Shown here: positions 29,351 through 41,200 of the stretch, piece by piece
Numbering within the stretch: the stretch's first letter is position 1
Layout: every line of letters begins with the position of its first letter
NCBI GenBank assembly: GCA_934169725.1
Contig: CAKPOF010000002.1
Coordinates: 73,986-137,985 of the forward strand
DNA: 64,000 nt
Direction: 5' to 3'
Source of the DNA: an uncultured Clostridia bacterium
GTDB lineage: Bacteria; Bacillota; Clostridia; TANB77; CAG-508
Translations under genes and position numbers: made by a program
The notes under the pieces: model-generated
What the model was told of the DNA's origin: nothing
Database searches by the model: none
What the model saw: the letters and a program-made list of their open reading frames with translations, nothing else

Positions 29351-30989
29351 ATGATAAAAAAGACAGAAAAAAAAGTTGCTGGAAGAAAAAAAGAGACGTT
29401 TATGCAAGGAATAGTAACTTTAATATTTTCACAATTGTTAATAAAATTATTAGGACTTGTATATAATTTATATTTAACGAATAGACAGGGATTTGGAGAT
29501 AGAGGTAATGGGATTGTATCAGCAAGTTATCAAATTTATGCTGTATTGTTAACAATTTCGTCAACAGGTGTCCCAAATGCGATTTCAAAATTAGTTTCAG
29601 AAAGAGTTGCTATTGGAGACCATAAAGGTGCATATAGAATTTTCAAAATTGCATTTGCAACATTTGCTGTTATAGGTTTAATAGGAAGTTTAATGTTATT
29701 TTTTGGAGCTAATATTATAGCTAATCAATGGCTACAAATACCTGATGCAGAAATGACAATGGTAGCATTATCGCCTGCAGTATTTTTTGTTGCAATAGCA
29801 TCTGTTATGAGAGGATATTTTAATGGAAGACAAAATTTAAAAGTGACAGCAAGGTCACAAACATTAGAACAGATATTTAAAACAACTTTAACAATAATAT
29901 TAGTTGAAATAGTAGCAATTATTTCAAATACATCAACAGTTTGGATGGCAGGTGGTGCTACATTAGCAACAACATTGGCAACATTTGTAGGATTTGGATA
30001 TTTATATTTATTTTATAAAACAAGAAGAAAAGAAATTGCTTCTGAAATAAGAGAAACAGTTAATTATAAATATGAAAGAGTAAGAGAAGTAGTAAAGAAA
30101 ATTTTATTGGTATCAATACCAATAGCATTAACTGCAATATTGTCTTCATTAAATAAAAATATAGATTCGTTTACAGTAGTAAGAAGTTTAAAACAATTTA
30201 TGAGTGAAGATATGGCAGTATCTCAATATGGAATATTGGGAGGTAAGGTTGATACATTAACAAGTTTGCCATTGTCATTTAATGTGGCTTTTGCTACAGC
30301 ATTAGTACCAGCAATATCAGCCGCTAAGGCTGTAAAAGATTATAAATCTATTAAACAAAAATCAGTTTTTACATTACTTATGTCAATGTTGATTGGATTA
30401 CCATGTACAATAGGGATGTATTTATTTGCTGGACCGATATTAAATTTATTATATCCAAATGCAAGTTCAGGAACTTTAGTATTACAAATTAGTGCATTTA
30501 CAATAATATTTACAATATTAGATCAAACAATAAATTCAATATTACAAGGATACGGAAAATTACGAGTACCAGCTATTGCTTTAGGATGTCGGAGTTTTGG
30601 TAAAATTAATTTTGAATTTAGTTTTGGTTCCTATACCTGCAATAGGAGTAAATGGAGCAGCTATAGCTTCAGTAGCTTGTCATATGGTAGCATTTATAAT
30701 TTCTATAATTGCATTAAATAAAACTATAAAATTAAATTTAGAATTTAAAAGATTTGTTATAAAACCAATAATTGCAACACTAATGATGGGAATTTGTTCA
30801 TATTTTGTTTATATGATACTTTTAGGAATAATAAGACAAAAATTGGCAACAATAATAGCAATTATATTTGCAATAGTTATATATGCTTTAGCTGTTGTTG
30901 CATTAAAAATATTTACTAAAGAAGAAATAAAAATGTTACCAGGTGGTAATAAGATATGTAAAATATTAGAAAAAATAAAAATATATTAA
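29351..30989 (+). pseudogene. spoVB: SpoVB-like polysaccharide-biosynthesis/MATE-type flippase, interrupted by a frameshift near 30585-30600
   Basis: The 456-aa ORF has a nonsense tail (SFGKINFEFSFGSYTCNRSKW...); the overlapping +1 ORF (30597-30989) carries the conserved C-terminal TM helices. Confidence 0.6.
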
Positions 30990-31098
30990 TTTTGAAAAAA
31001 AAGAAGGATTTTGTATATTTTTGGCGAATTTATATAATAGTACATTTATTGTATTCAGGCAAAAATGTACATAAACATACTTATAGGAGGTAATTTAA

Positions 31099-31377
31099 AT
31101 GAACAAAGCTGAATTAATCGCAGCAGTAGCTGCAAAAACAGGAGACACAAAGAAAGCAGCTGAGGCTTCAGTAAACGCTTTTGTAGAAGTTGTAACAGAT
31201 GCACTAAAAGAAGGAGATAAAGTTCAATTAGTTGGATTTGGATCTTTCGAAGTAAGAAAAAGAGCAGCTAGAAAAGGTAGAAACCCACAAACTAAAGAAG
31301 AAATCAAAATACCTGCATCAAAAGCTCCAGTATTTAAAGCTGGTAAAGCATTAAAAGATTTAGTAAACAAAAAATAA
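31099..31377 (+). CDS. hup: DNA-binding protein HU
   Basis: [15 protein letters not shown]...[41 protein letters not shown]. Confidence 0.95.
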   Translation: MNKAELIAAVAAKTGDTKKAAEASVNAFVEVVTDALKEGDKVQLVGFGSFEVRKRAARKGRNPQTKEEIKIPASKAPVFKAGKALKDLVNKK

Positions 31378-31412
31378 TAATAAATAAATATATAATATAT
31401 AAATATATGAAA

Positions 31413-31438
31413 AAAGAGACTTTTTAGGTCTCTTTTAT
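31413..31438 (+). terminator. Rho-independent terminator after hup
   Basis: aagagac tttttag gtctctt followed by tt. Confidence 0.7.
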
Positions 31439-31532
31439 TATATACTAGGAAATTTCTCATTTCCTAGTATATAATAATGCTATAATTGCTATTGCCTTTG
31501 AGATTTTCTCTTTTTAGTCGAAAACTCAAATC

Positions 31533-33281
31533 TTATTTTTTATCAATCATAATGTGTACATCTCTTAATTGTTCACGTTTTACAGTACCAGGTGCACCCA
31601 TCATTAAATCTTGAGCTTTACTATTTAAAGGAAAAGCTATAACTTCTCTTATTGTATCTGAATTTGATAATAACATTAACATTCTATCAATACCAGGTGC
31701 AATTCCTGCATGAGGTGGAGCACCAAATTGGAATGCATTATATAAAGCACCAAATTTATCTTTTACTTCATCTTCTGAATATCCTGCCATAGTAAATGCT
31801 TTAAGCATAATGTTAATATCATGATTTCTAACAGCACCAGAAGAAAGTTCAATTCCATTACATACAATATCATATTGATAAGCCAATATATCTAAAGGAT
31901 CTTTATTTTCTAAAGCATCGAGACCACCTTGTGGCATAGAAAATGGATTATGGCTAAAAGCAAGTTTTTCATGTTCATCAAGTTCAAACATTGGGAAATC
32001 AATAATCCAAGCAAATGCAAATACATCTTTATTAATTAAATCTAAACGATTAGCTAATTCTGTTCTAATTTGACCAGCTAATTCAGTTGCACGTTTTTCA
32101 TTATCTGCAATAAAGAATATAGTATCACCTTTTTCTAAGTTAGCTAATTCAATTAGTGAAGATTTTAATTCTGCTGGAATAAATTTATCTATAGGACCTT
32201 TAAAAGAAAAATCTTCTAATACTTCTAAATATCCAAGTCCACCCATTCCAATTGATAATGCATATTTTAATAATTTTTCATGAAAACCTTTAGAAAGATG
32301 TTTGTTGACTTTTATTGCTCTTACTGTTCTATTCATAAATGGTTTGAAAGTACATTTGTTGAAAAATTCAGATAAATCAATTATTACTAATGGATTTCTT
32401 AAATCAGGTTTATCTGTACCATATTTAAGCATAGCTTCTTTATATGGAATTCTTGGGAATGGATAAGATAAAACTTTTTTATCAGAAAAAGTTTTAAAAG
32501 TGTTATACATTACTGGTTCCATAATATTAAAAACATCTTCTTGCGTAGCAAAAGCCATTTCCATATCTAATTGATAAAATTCACCAGGAGCTCTATCTGC
32601 TCTTGCATCTTCATCTCTAAAACAAGGCGCAATTTGGAAATATTTATCAATACCAGAAACCATTAACAATTGTTTAAATTGTTGAGGTGCTTGTGGTAAA
32701 GCATAAAATTTTCCAGGATGTAGTCTACTTGGAACTAAATAATCTCTAGCTCCTTCTGGAGAAGAACTAGTAAGAACTGGAGTTTGAACTTCCAAAAATC
32801 CTTGTTCAATCATTTGGTTTCTTAAATATTGAAGAACTTTTGCTCTTAATATTAAATTATCTTTTAATCTAGTATTTCTTAAATCAAGAAATCTATATTG
32901 CAATCTTAAATCTTCTCTTATTTCTTGTTTAGTATTTACTTCAAAAGGAAGATTTTTTGTTCTTTTACCTAAAACTTTAATTTCTTCGATTTTTATTTCA
33001 ACTAAACCAGTTTTTATTTTATGGTTTACAGTTTCTTCATCACGTTTTTTTACAATACCTGTAACAGTAACTGTGGATTCAATAGGAATATGTGAAGCAA
33101 AATCAACATCTTCTGTATCAGCAGATGTAACAACTTGTGTTATTCCATACATATCTCTAATATCTAAAAAAACTAGACCTCCTAAATCTCTGATTGTTTC
33201 AATCCAACCACTAATTTTTACTTTTTTTCCAACATCATCTAAAGTAATTTGATTGCAATTGTGAGTTCTGTACTCATTCAT
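31533..33281 (-). CDS. aspS: Aspartyl-tRNA synthetase (class II)
   Basis: 582 aa; N-terminal OB anticodon-binding domain; class II motifs FRDEDARADR, GGLDRM-like GIDRMLMLL; end-to-end AspRS similarity. Confidence 0.9.
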   Translation of the reverse strand: MNEYRTHNCNQITLDDVGKKVKISGWIETIRDLGGLVFLDIRDMYGITQVVTSADTEDVDFASHIPIESTVTVTGIVKKRDEETVNHKIKTGLVEIKIEEIKVLGKRTKNLPFEVNTKQEIREDLRLQYRFLDLRNTRLKDNLILRAKVLQYLRNQMIEQGFLEVQTPVLTSSSPEGARDYLVPSRLHPGKFYALPQAPQQFKQLLMVSGIDKYFQIAPCFRDEDARADRAPGEFYQLDMEMAFATQEDVFNIMEPVMYNTFKTFSDKKVLSYPFPRIPYKEAMLKYGTDKPDLRNPLVIIDLSEFFNKCTFKPFMNRTVRAIKVNKHLSKGFHEKLLKYALSIGMGGLGYLEVLEDFSFKGPIDKFIPAELKSSLIELANLEKGDTIFFIADNEKRATELAGQIRTELANRLDLINKDVFAFAWIIDFPMFELDEHEKLAFSHNPFSMPQGGLDALENKDPLDILAYQYDIVCNGIELSSGAVRNHDINIMLKAFTMAGYSEDEVKDKFGALYNAFQFGAPPHAGIAPGIDRMLMLLSNSDTIREVIAFPLNSKAQDLMMGAPGTVKREQLRDVHIMIDKK

Positions 33282-33299
33282 AATTATAACCTCCTATTT

Positions 33300-33520
33300 T
33301 TAGGGCACAAAAAAACGCCCTTTGCAAATTTTGATTGCAGGGACGAAATAAATCCGCGGTACCACCCAGCTTGAAAATTAAATAAAATTAATTTTCCACT
33401 TTATTGAAAATGCTCCAATGTGTTTCGCTAAAATTAGATTTGCTTAAAGGGTTTCCAGCCAATGACCCTTATTCTCTATAAGTAATTACTAAAAGCTTTC
33501 ATTGTACAAACGCAATATAT
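33300..33520 (-). ncRNA. T-box riboswitch leader of aspS
   Basis: Minus-strand reading: stem I agagaataagggtca..., T-box sequence aagctgggtggtaccgcgg, then terminator cgtccctgcaa...ttgcaaagggcg followed by ttttttt just before the aspS RBS. Confidence 0.75.
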
Positions 33521-33599
33521 ATTAAGTTTAACAAATAATATTTTACACATTTTATGTAATTTTGTCAATAAATATACAAATATTCTGTAAGTTAAATAT

Positions 33600-33860
33600 T
33601 TAAAGATGTGAATTGTAATGCAAATTATCTATAATTGCAGCTGATATAATAAAACTAACATATAAATTTAATCCTATGGCTAATACAAGTATACCCAATT
33701 GGTAAATAAATAGTGAAGAATAAAATAAATATGTAAGTAGAATGATAGAAGAAATAATACAAATAGCAAATGATGAATTTAGTCCTATTTTTAAAATATG
33801 TAAAATTTTTTTATCTAAATTTTTATAATATGAAATTAAAAATTTTATCATAATATCCAC
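33600..33860 (-). CDS. Hypothetical small membrane protein (2-3 TM)
   Basis: ORF only; hydrophobic segments. Confidence 0.35.
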   Translation of the reverse strand: MDIMIKFLISYYKNLDKKILHILKIGLNSSFAICIISSIILLTYLFYSSLFIYQLGILVLAIGLNLYVSFIISAAIIDNLHYNSHL

Positions 33861-34097
33861 CTCTATAAAAGTAATACTAAATAAAGGATATCATGATTAG
33901 ATAGTAAAAACAATGGAAGTTTTAACCAGGTTTTATATACTAGTAAAGTTCTCCGAACTTCCTATAATAGAAATATATTGCACAGAAAGTTGCTTTGCAA
34001 ATTTCGTGTACGAACAAAGACGCGGACTTTAAAATGTTTTAATAAGTACAAAAGTTATTAATGTCCGCTTTTGTTCTTAATGTTATTATATAGAAAA

Positions 34098-34132
34098 AAG
34101 AAAAACCAACTTATTTTAAAGTTGGTTTTTAA
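34098..34132. terminator. Bidirectional hairpin terminator downstream of rpsT
   Basis: aaaaccaac ttattttaaa gttggtttt with T/A runs on both sides. Confidence 0.6.
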
Positions 34133-34162
34133 ATAAAAACTATGCATAATCTTTATTTAGCC

Positions 34163-34429
34163 TTAAGCCATTGCTGCATTTAATTTTTTTGATAAATTTG
34201 ATTTCTTTCTAGCTGCAGTGTTTTTTACAATAACACCTTTTGTACAAGCTTGATCTATTTTTCTAGTTGCTTCAGAAAATAGAACTTTAGCTTCTTCTAA
34301 ATTTCCAGCTTCAACAGCTTCTTCAAATTTTTTAACAGCTGATTTATAACCAGATTTTATCATATTATTTCTTAAAGTTTTTTTCTCAATTACTTTAACT
34401 CTTTTTTTAGCTGATTTAATATTTGGCAT
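34163..34429 (-). CDS. rpsT: 30S ribosomal protein S20
   Basis: [21 protein letters not shown]... Confidence 0.9.
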   Translation of the reverse strand: MPNIKSAKKRVKVIEKKTLRNNMIKSGYKSAVKKFEEAVEAGNLEEAKVLFSEATRKIDQACTKGVIVKNTAARKKSNLSKKLNAAMA

Positions 34430-34606
34430 CTATAAGCACCTCCTCTTAGTCTTTTATTCATTATAACATTTGCTATTCTAACATATTTTTTTATGAAATG
34501 CAAGTGAATTTTCCAATTTATTATTGTATTATGAAAAAACTTATGGTATATTTTTAAAGAGAATAAATAATACTAAAATATTTAAAATAGTGTTGGAGGT
34601 AAATAT

Positions 34607-35053
34607 ATGATAGCAATTGGTAGTGATCATGGAGGATATAAATTAAAAGAAGAAATAAAAAGATATTTGGATGAGAAAGAAATAAAATATATAGATTATG
34701 GAACAGAAAGTGAAGAAAGAGTTGATTATCCAGATATAGCAAAAGAAGTTTCAAAGTCAATTCAATCAAAAAAATGTGAAAAAGGGATATTAATATGTCG
34801 TTCTGGTTTGGGAATGAGTATAGTAGCCAATAAATTTAAGGGAATAAGAGCAACACCATGTTATAATGAGGAAACTGCTAAGTTTTCTAGATTACATAAT
34901 GATAGTAATATATTAGGAATTGGTGCAGATTATGTAACTGTAAATGAAGCTATATGCATTTTAAGAATGTGGCTTGCAACTGAGTTTGAAGGTGGTAGAC
35001 ATTTGGAAAGAATAAAAATGATAGAAGAAATAGAAAAAGAAAATATGAAATAA
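34607..35053 (+). CDS. rpiB: Ribose-5-phosphate isomerase B (RpiB/LacAB family)
   Basis: MIAIGSDHGGYKLKEEI...ICRSGLGMSIVANK... Confidence 0.9.
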   Translation: MIAIGSDHGGYKLKEEIKRYLDEKEIKYIDYGTESEERVDYPDIAKEVSKSIQSKKCEKGILICRSGLGMSIVANKFKGIRATPCYNEETAKFSRLHNDSNILGIGADYVTVNEAICILRMWLATEFEGGRHLERIKMIEEIEKENMK

Positions 35054-35069
35054 AAATGGAGGAATAAGT

Positions 35070-36306
35070 ATGTGGGGAGATATTGCAATTGCATTTTTAC
35101 TTGCATTTATTGTTACATTTATGGCAACACCATATACAATAAAAATAGCACATAAAGTAGGTGCTGTGGATGTGCCAAAAGATAAAAGAAGAATGCATAA
35201 AAAAGCAATGCCTAAGTTTGGTGGACCAGCTGTTATTGTGGGATTTCTAGTATCAGTTATATATTTGCTAATTGTAATGAGCATAGAAAATTCTATAAAT
35301 TTATTTCGGAATAGAACAGTATGGAATGAAGTTACTAGGGATGTTTTTAGGAATTATTATTATCTCGATAACTTGTATTATAGATGATATAAAAACAATA
35401 AAACCAATAACAAAACTAACAGGGCAATTATTAGCTGCAATTGTAGCTGTGGGATTTGGAATCAGAATTAATGATGTAACAATTCCATATATAAGTACAA
35501 TACAAATGCAAGAAATGTTTTCAATTATATTAACTATAGTGTGGATTGTAGGTGTAACTAATGCAATTAATTTAATAGATGGCTTAGATGGTTTATCATC
35601 AGGTATTTCAGTAATATCTGCAATTTCATTATTGATTATATTTGTATTAAATGATTCACCTATGGTGGCTATATTGTTAATAACAGCTCTTGCAGGAGCG
35701 TTAGTTGGCTTTTTACCATTTAATTTTTCACCAGCTAAAACATTTATTGGTGATACAGGTTCTAATTTTTTAGGATTTTCTTTATCAATTATTTCTATAT
35801 TAGGAGTAGCAAAGACATATACAGCAGCAGTTATTGTATTGCCATTGATAGTATTAGGATTACCATTGTTTGATACTTTTTGGGCAATTGTTAGAAGGTT
35901 GATAAAAGGAAAGTCAATAAAAGCTATATTTAAAGCAGATAAAGGACATTTACATCATAGAATAGTAGCAAAAGGATTTAGTCAAAAACAGGCTGTTTTA
36001 ATATTATATGGTATAAGTGCTACATTTGGTATATTTGCAGTTATTATGTTAGAAAGTGGTATATGGAAAGCATTATCATTTTTACTAATGGTTATAGTAG
36101 CAATAGCTTTAGGATATAGAAATTTTAAAACAGAAAATACTGCAAACCAAAGATATGAATGTTTAGAATGTAAATATATATATAATCCTAAATTTGGTAA
36201 TGAAAAAGCTGGAATAGAACCAGGAACGTCATTTGAAGATTTACCAGATGATTGGGTATGTCCTGTTTGTGGAGAAGGAAAAGATATGTTTGAAATACAT
36301 CAATAA
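35070..36306 (+). pseudogene. WecA/TagO-type polyprenyl-phosphate HexNAc-1-P transferase (GT4/MraY-like) with a C-terminal rubredoxin domain; frameshift near 35300-35325
   Basis: Two overlapping ORFs (35070-35387, 35326-36306). Motifs [12 protein letters not shown] and [13 protein letters not shown]-terminal [17 protein letters not shown]...[24 protein letters not shown] is a rubredoxin (two CxxC). Confidence 0.65.
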
Positions 36307-36325
36307 AATGATAGGAGAATGATTT

Positions 36326-37213
36326 ATGGCAGATAAAATAATAAAATTTTTAGCATATGATGGAAGAATTTCTGTTGTATGTGCAGATACAACTCAATTA
36401 GTTGAAGAAGCTAGAAAAGTTCATGATATGAGTCCAGTTGTAACAGCAGCATTTGGAAGACTTTTAACAGTTACAGCCATTATGGCTACAGAGATGAAAG
36501 GAAAAAAAGACAAATTAACAATCCAAATAAAAGGAAATGGACTAATAGGTAATATGCTTGTAACAGCAAATAATGAACCTACAATAAAAGGATATGTATT
36601 AAATCCAATTGTAGATATACCATTAAATGAAGATGGAAAATTAGATGTAGGTGGAGCAGTAGGAAGAGAAGGATATATTAATGTTATAAAAGATATAGGA
36701 TTAAAAGATCCATATATAGGAATTTCCCCATTAGTTTCAGGAGAAATAGCAGAAGATTTTGCAAATTATTTTGTAAATTCTGAACAAAGGGATTCAGCAG
36801 TAGCATTAGGAGTACTAGTAGATAAAAATGGAGTTAGAGCAAGTGGAGGTTATTTAATAAATCCAATGCCAGATGCTACATCAGAAGATATAACTAATAT
36901 TGAACAATCAATTTTTAAAGCAGGAGCTATGTCAAAAATGTTAGATCAAAAATTAACATTGATAGAAATAGCTAAAAAAATTACAGGAGATGAAAATGTA
37001 AAAATTATTGAAGACAATATTGTTCCTAATTTTAAATGTGAATGTTCAAAAGATACAATGAAAAATGCATTAACAACCATAGGAAAAGAAGAATTAAAAG
37101 ATATTATAGAAAAAGAAGGAAATGCAGAATTGGTTTGTCATTTTTGTAATAAAAAATATAATTTTACTAAAGAAGAATTAGAAGAAATATTAAAAGAAAT
37201 AAAACAAAATTAA
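36326..37213 (+). CDS. hslO: Hsp33 redox-regulated chaperone
   Basis: Hsp33 N-domain similarity; C-terminal zinc centre CECSKD...CHFCNKKY. Confidence 0.9.
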   Translation: MADKIIKFLAYDGRISVVCADTTQLVEEARKVHDMSPVVTAAFGRLLTVTAIMATEMKGKKDKLTIQIKGNGLIGNMLVTANNEPTIKGYVLNPIVDIPLNEDGKLDVGGAVGREGYINVIKDIGLKDPYIGISPLVSGEIAEDFANYFVNSEQRDSAVALGVLVDKNGVRASGGYLINPMPDATSEDITNIEQSIFKAGAMSKMLDQKLTLIEIAKKITGDENVKIIEDNIVPNFKCECSKDTMKNALTTIGKEELKDIIEKEGNAELVCHFCNKKYNFTKEELEEILKEIKQN

Positions 37214-37241
37214 AATAGTAAATATAGGAAGGAAATAAAAA

Positions 37242-38165
37242 ATGGAAAAAGTATTTATATTTGGACATAAAAGTCCTGACACAGATTCAATATGTGCAAG
37301 TTTAGTACATGAAAGATTAGATAAAAGAAATGGATGGAATGATACAGAAGCAAGAAGATTAGGAAAGTTAAATAAAGAAACACAATATGTTTTAAATTAT
37401 TTAAATATCGAAGAACCAAAAATGCTAGATGAAGTAGAAGAAGGTCAACAAGTTATTTTGGTAGATCACAATGAATTCAATCAAAGTGCAGAAGGAATTG
37501 AAAAAGCAAAAATATTAGCTGTAACAGACCATCACAGAATTGCAAATTTTGAAACATCAGAACCATTATATTATACAGCAAAACCTTATGGTAGTACATG
37601 TACAATATTATTTGAACAATATAAAACACAAGGACATGAAATAAATAAAGAAGAAGCTATACTAATGGCTAGTGCAATAATTTCAGATACATTATTATTA
37701 AAATCTCCAACTACAACTGAATATGACAAAAAAGCATTAAAAGAATTAGAAGAAATAGCAAAAATAGATTTAAATCAATATGGATTAGAAATGTTAAAAG
37801 CAGGTACAGATTTGGGTGATTTTTCAGAGGCAGAATTAGTAAATTTAGATGCTAAAAATTTAGACAAAGATGGAAACAAATTTGTAATTGCACAAGTAAA
37901 TACAGTTAGTATAGAAGATGTTCTAAAAAGACAAAAAGAACTAGAAGATGCAATGAAAAATGAAATAGAGAAAAAAGGATTACAACTATTTGTTTTAGCA
38001 ATAACAGATATTTTAAATAGTAATTCAGAAATTATAGCATTAGGTAATAGAGTAGATGCAGTAGAAAAAGCTTTTGATATTAAATTAGAAAATAATAGAG
38101 CATTTTTAGAAGGTGTTGTATCAAGAAAAAAACAATTATTACCAAATATTGATAAAAATATGTAA
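37242..38165 (+). CDS. ppaC: Manganese-dependent inorganic pyrophosphatase (DHH family)
   Basis: FGHKSPDTDSICAS...DHHR motifs; DHHA2 C-terminal domain. Confidence 0.9.
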   Translation: MEKVFIFGHKSPDTDSICASLVHERLDKRNGWNDTEARRLGKLNKETQYVLNYLNIEEPKMLDEVEEGQQVILVDHNEFNQSAEGIEKAKILAVTDHHRIANFETSEPLYYTAKPYGSTCTILFEQYKTQGHEINKEEAILMASAIISDTLLLKSPTTTEYDKKALKELEEIAKIDLNQYGLEMLKAGTDLGDFSEAELVNLDAKNLDKDGNKFVIAQVNTVSIEDVLKRQKELEDAMKNEIEKKGLQLFVLAITDILNSNSEIIALGNRVDAVEKAFDIKLENNRAFLEGVVSRKKQLLPNIDKNM

Positions 38166-38279
38166 AAATAATAAATCATTATTAAATTTTATAAGCTAAT
38201 ATTTTGAATTGTGAATTGTAGCATCTGTAGTTACGATAAAAAAGTAAAGATACAAGGAATACTAAAAAAGGAGAAACAC

Positions 38280-41200
38280 ATGTATTTAAAAAGATTAGAA
38301 TTACAAGGATTTAAATCATTCGCAGATAAAACTGTACTAGAATTTATGCCAGGAATTACAAGTGTTATAGGACCAAATGGGTCTGGAAAAAGTAATATAT
38401 CAGATGCCATAAGATGGGTACTTGGGGAACAAAGTATGAAATCTTTAAGAGGAACTAAATCATTAGATATAATTTTCGCTGGTACACAAAATAGAAAATC
38501 ACTTGGTTTTGCAGAAGCATCATTAATATTTGACAACACAGATGGTACATTACCAATAGAATATACAGAAGTAATTGTAACAAGAAAATTATACAGAAGT
38601 GGGGAGACTGGATATTACATAAACAAGGTTCCTTGTAGATTGAAAGATATATTAGAATTATTTATGGATACAGGAATTGGTAAAGATGGATATTCTATCA
38701 TAGGACAAGGAAAAATTGATGAAATATTAAGTAATAAATCAGAAGATAGAAGGCATATATTTGAAGAAGCTGCAGGAATAGTAAAATATAGAGTAAGAAA
38801 AGGTGAAAGTGAAAAAAAATTAGAACATACTAAATTAAATTTACTTAGAATAAATGATATTTTAGCCGAAATAGAAACAAATATTGAACCATTAAAAATA
38901 CAATCTGAAAAAGCAAAAAAATATTTAAATGTAAGAGAAGAATTAAAAAATATAGAAATAGGTCTATTTATATACAATATAGATAAATATAAAAAAGAGC
39001 TTGAAGAAATAGCAAAAGATGAAGAAATATATTCTAATCAATGCAATGATGAAGAAGGAAGATTAGAAAGATGTAGAGCATTAAAAGAAGAATTAAAAAA
39101 TGAAATAGATAATATCACTGAAAAAATAGAAAATATGACAAATTTAGGATTTGAAAGTGAAAAAGAAATTGAAATGTTAAATTCAGATATTAATGTTTCT
39201 AAAACAAGAATAGACAATAATAAAGAGAATAAATTAAGATTTAAAGAAGAAATTAAGGAATTAGAAGACAGAATAGAAGAATTAAAGGAAGAGAGAAAAC
39301 AAAAAGAGCAAAAAAAAGAAAATTTAAAAATTAATAAAGAAAAATTTGTTAAAGATTTAGAACAAAAAGAAAAGGAATTATTAGAATTAACAAGAAAACT
39401 TTCAGATAAAGAATTAGAAATAGAAACACATAAAAAAAAGGTAGAACAAAATATAGATAATAAATATGAATTGCAAACTAATATTAGTGAACAAGAAATA
39501 AATTACCAAAATAATGAAAAGAGACAAATGCAGATAAAAAATGAAATTGCTGGTAATATTTCTGAATTAGATAGTACAAGATTAAAAAAAGAAGAAATAT
39601 CAAAAGATTTTTATGAAGTTGAAAGTAAGAGAAATAAAATTTTAGCTAATTTAGGAAATATTAATGAACAAAAAGAGGAAGCTGATAAAAAAATAAAAGA
39701 ATATGAAACTAAAATAAACATGTATTCTGGAGAAAAAAGAATAAAAGAATCTAAATTAAAATTTTTAATAGAAACTGAAAAAGAAAAAGAAGGATATATA
39801 AAAAGTGTTAAATCATTATTAAAAGAATGTGAAAATACTAAAGAATTAGGAAAAGGAATGCATGGGGTTTTAGCAAATCTTATTGAAGTTCCAGAAAAAT
39901 ATCAAACAGCGATAGAAATGTGTTTAGGAGCAAGTTTGCAAAATATTGTTACTGAAAATGAAAATGATGCAAAGAGATTGATTGAATATTTAAGAAAAAA
40001 CAAATTGGGACGAGCTTCTTTTTTACCAATAAGTTCAGTTAAAGGAAGAAAAATTGATAAAATAAAAGGAAAAAATAATAAAGTATTAGGAATTGCATCA
40101 GATTTAATAAAATATGGAAAAAAATATGAAAATATTGTGTTAAATTTATTGGGAAGAACAGTAATAGTTGAAGATATGGAAACAGCTATAGAATTAGCAA
40201 AAAGTAATAATTATACATTTAGAATTATTACTATTGAAGGAGATGTAATTAATCCATCTGGTGCTATTTCTGGAGGTTCTATTGCTAAAAAAACAGTTAA
40301 TATTTTAGGTAGAAGTAGAGAGATTGACAAATTAAAAAAAGAAATAAAACAACTAGAAGAAAAAAATGAAAAATTAGAAAAAGAGAAAAAAGATTATGAA
40401 AATTCTACTGAAAATGTTGTAGAAGAAGCAATAAGTTATGAAAAAGAATTACAAGAAATTGAAATTTATTATGCAACAGGAAAAGAAAAAATTAAAGCTA
40501 TAGAAGATAATATAAATAGAGTACAAAATAGATTATCTAAATTAAAAGAAGAAACAAAAAAATTAGAAGAACAAAAAAATGAAGCAAAAGAGACTAAAGA
40601 AAAATTAAAAAATGAAATTGTAGCAATTGATGAAGAAAATGAAAAGTTGAAAAAGATAATAGAAGAATTTGCAGAATTAAATAAAGATAATCAAAAATAT
40701 ATTGATGATTTAAACTTTGACATAACAAATTTAAAAATATCAGTATCATCATTTGATGAAAGTGAAAGTTCTATTCAAGAAATACAAGAAAGAATAGATA
40801 CAGAAATTGCAACTACAGAAAAAAGTATTGAATATAAAAACATACAAATTGAAAAAATAGTTCAAGATAATATTAATTTAGAAAAATCGATAGAAGAAAT
40901 AAAAGAAAAAATAAATAAAATAAAAGAAGAGGTAAAAAATAGTGGTTCAAAAATAGAAGAATTAAAGCAAAAAAGAATTCAAAAAAATGAAAAGATGATT
41001 CATCAAGAAGAGGAAATAAATAATAAGTTTAATATAATAGAAGAATTGAAATCTCAATTAGTAAAAATTGACGTTAGAAAAACAAAATTGACAGATGATA
41101 TAAATGAAATTATTAATAAAATGTGGGAAGAATATGAATTAACACCTAACAATATTGTTGATTATAAAAAACCAGAAAATATACAATTGACTCAAAAAAA

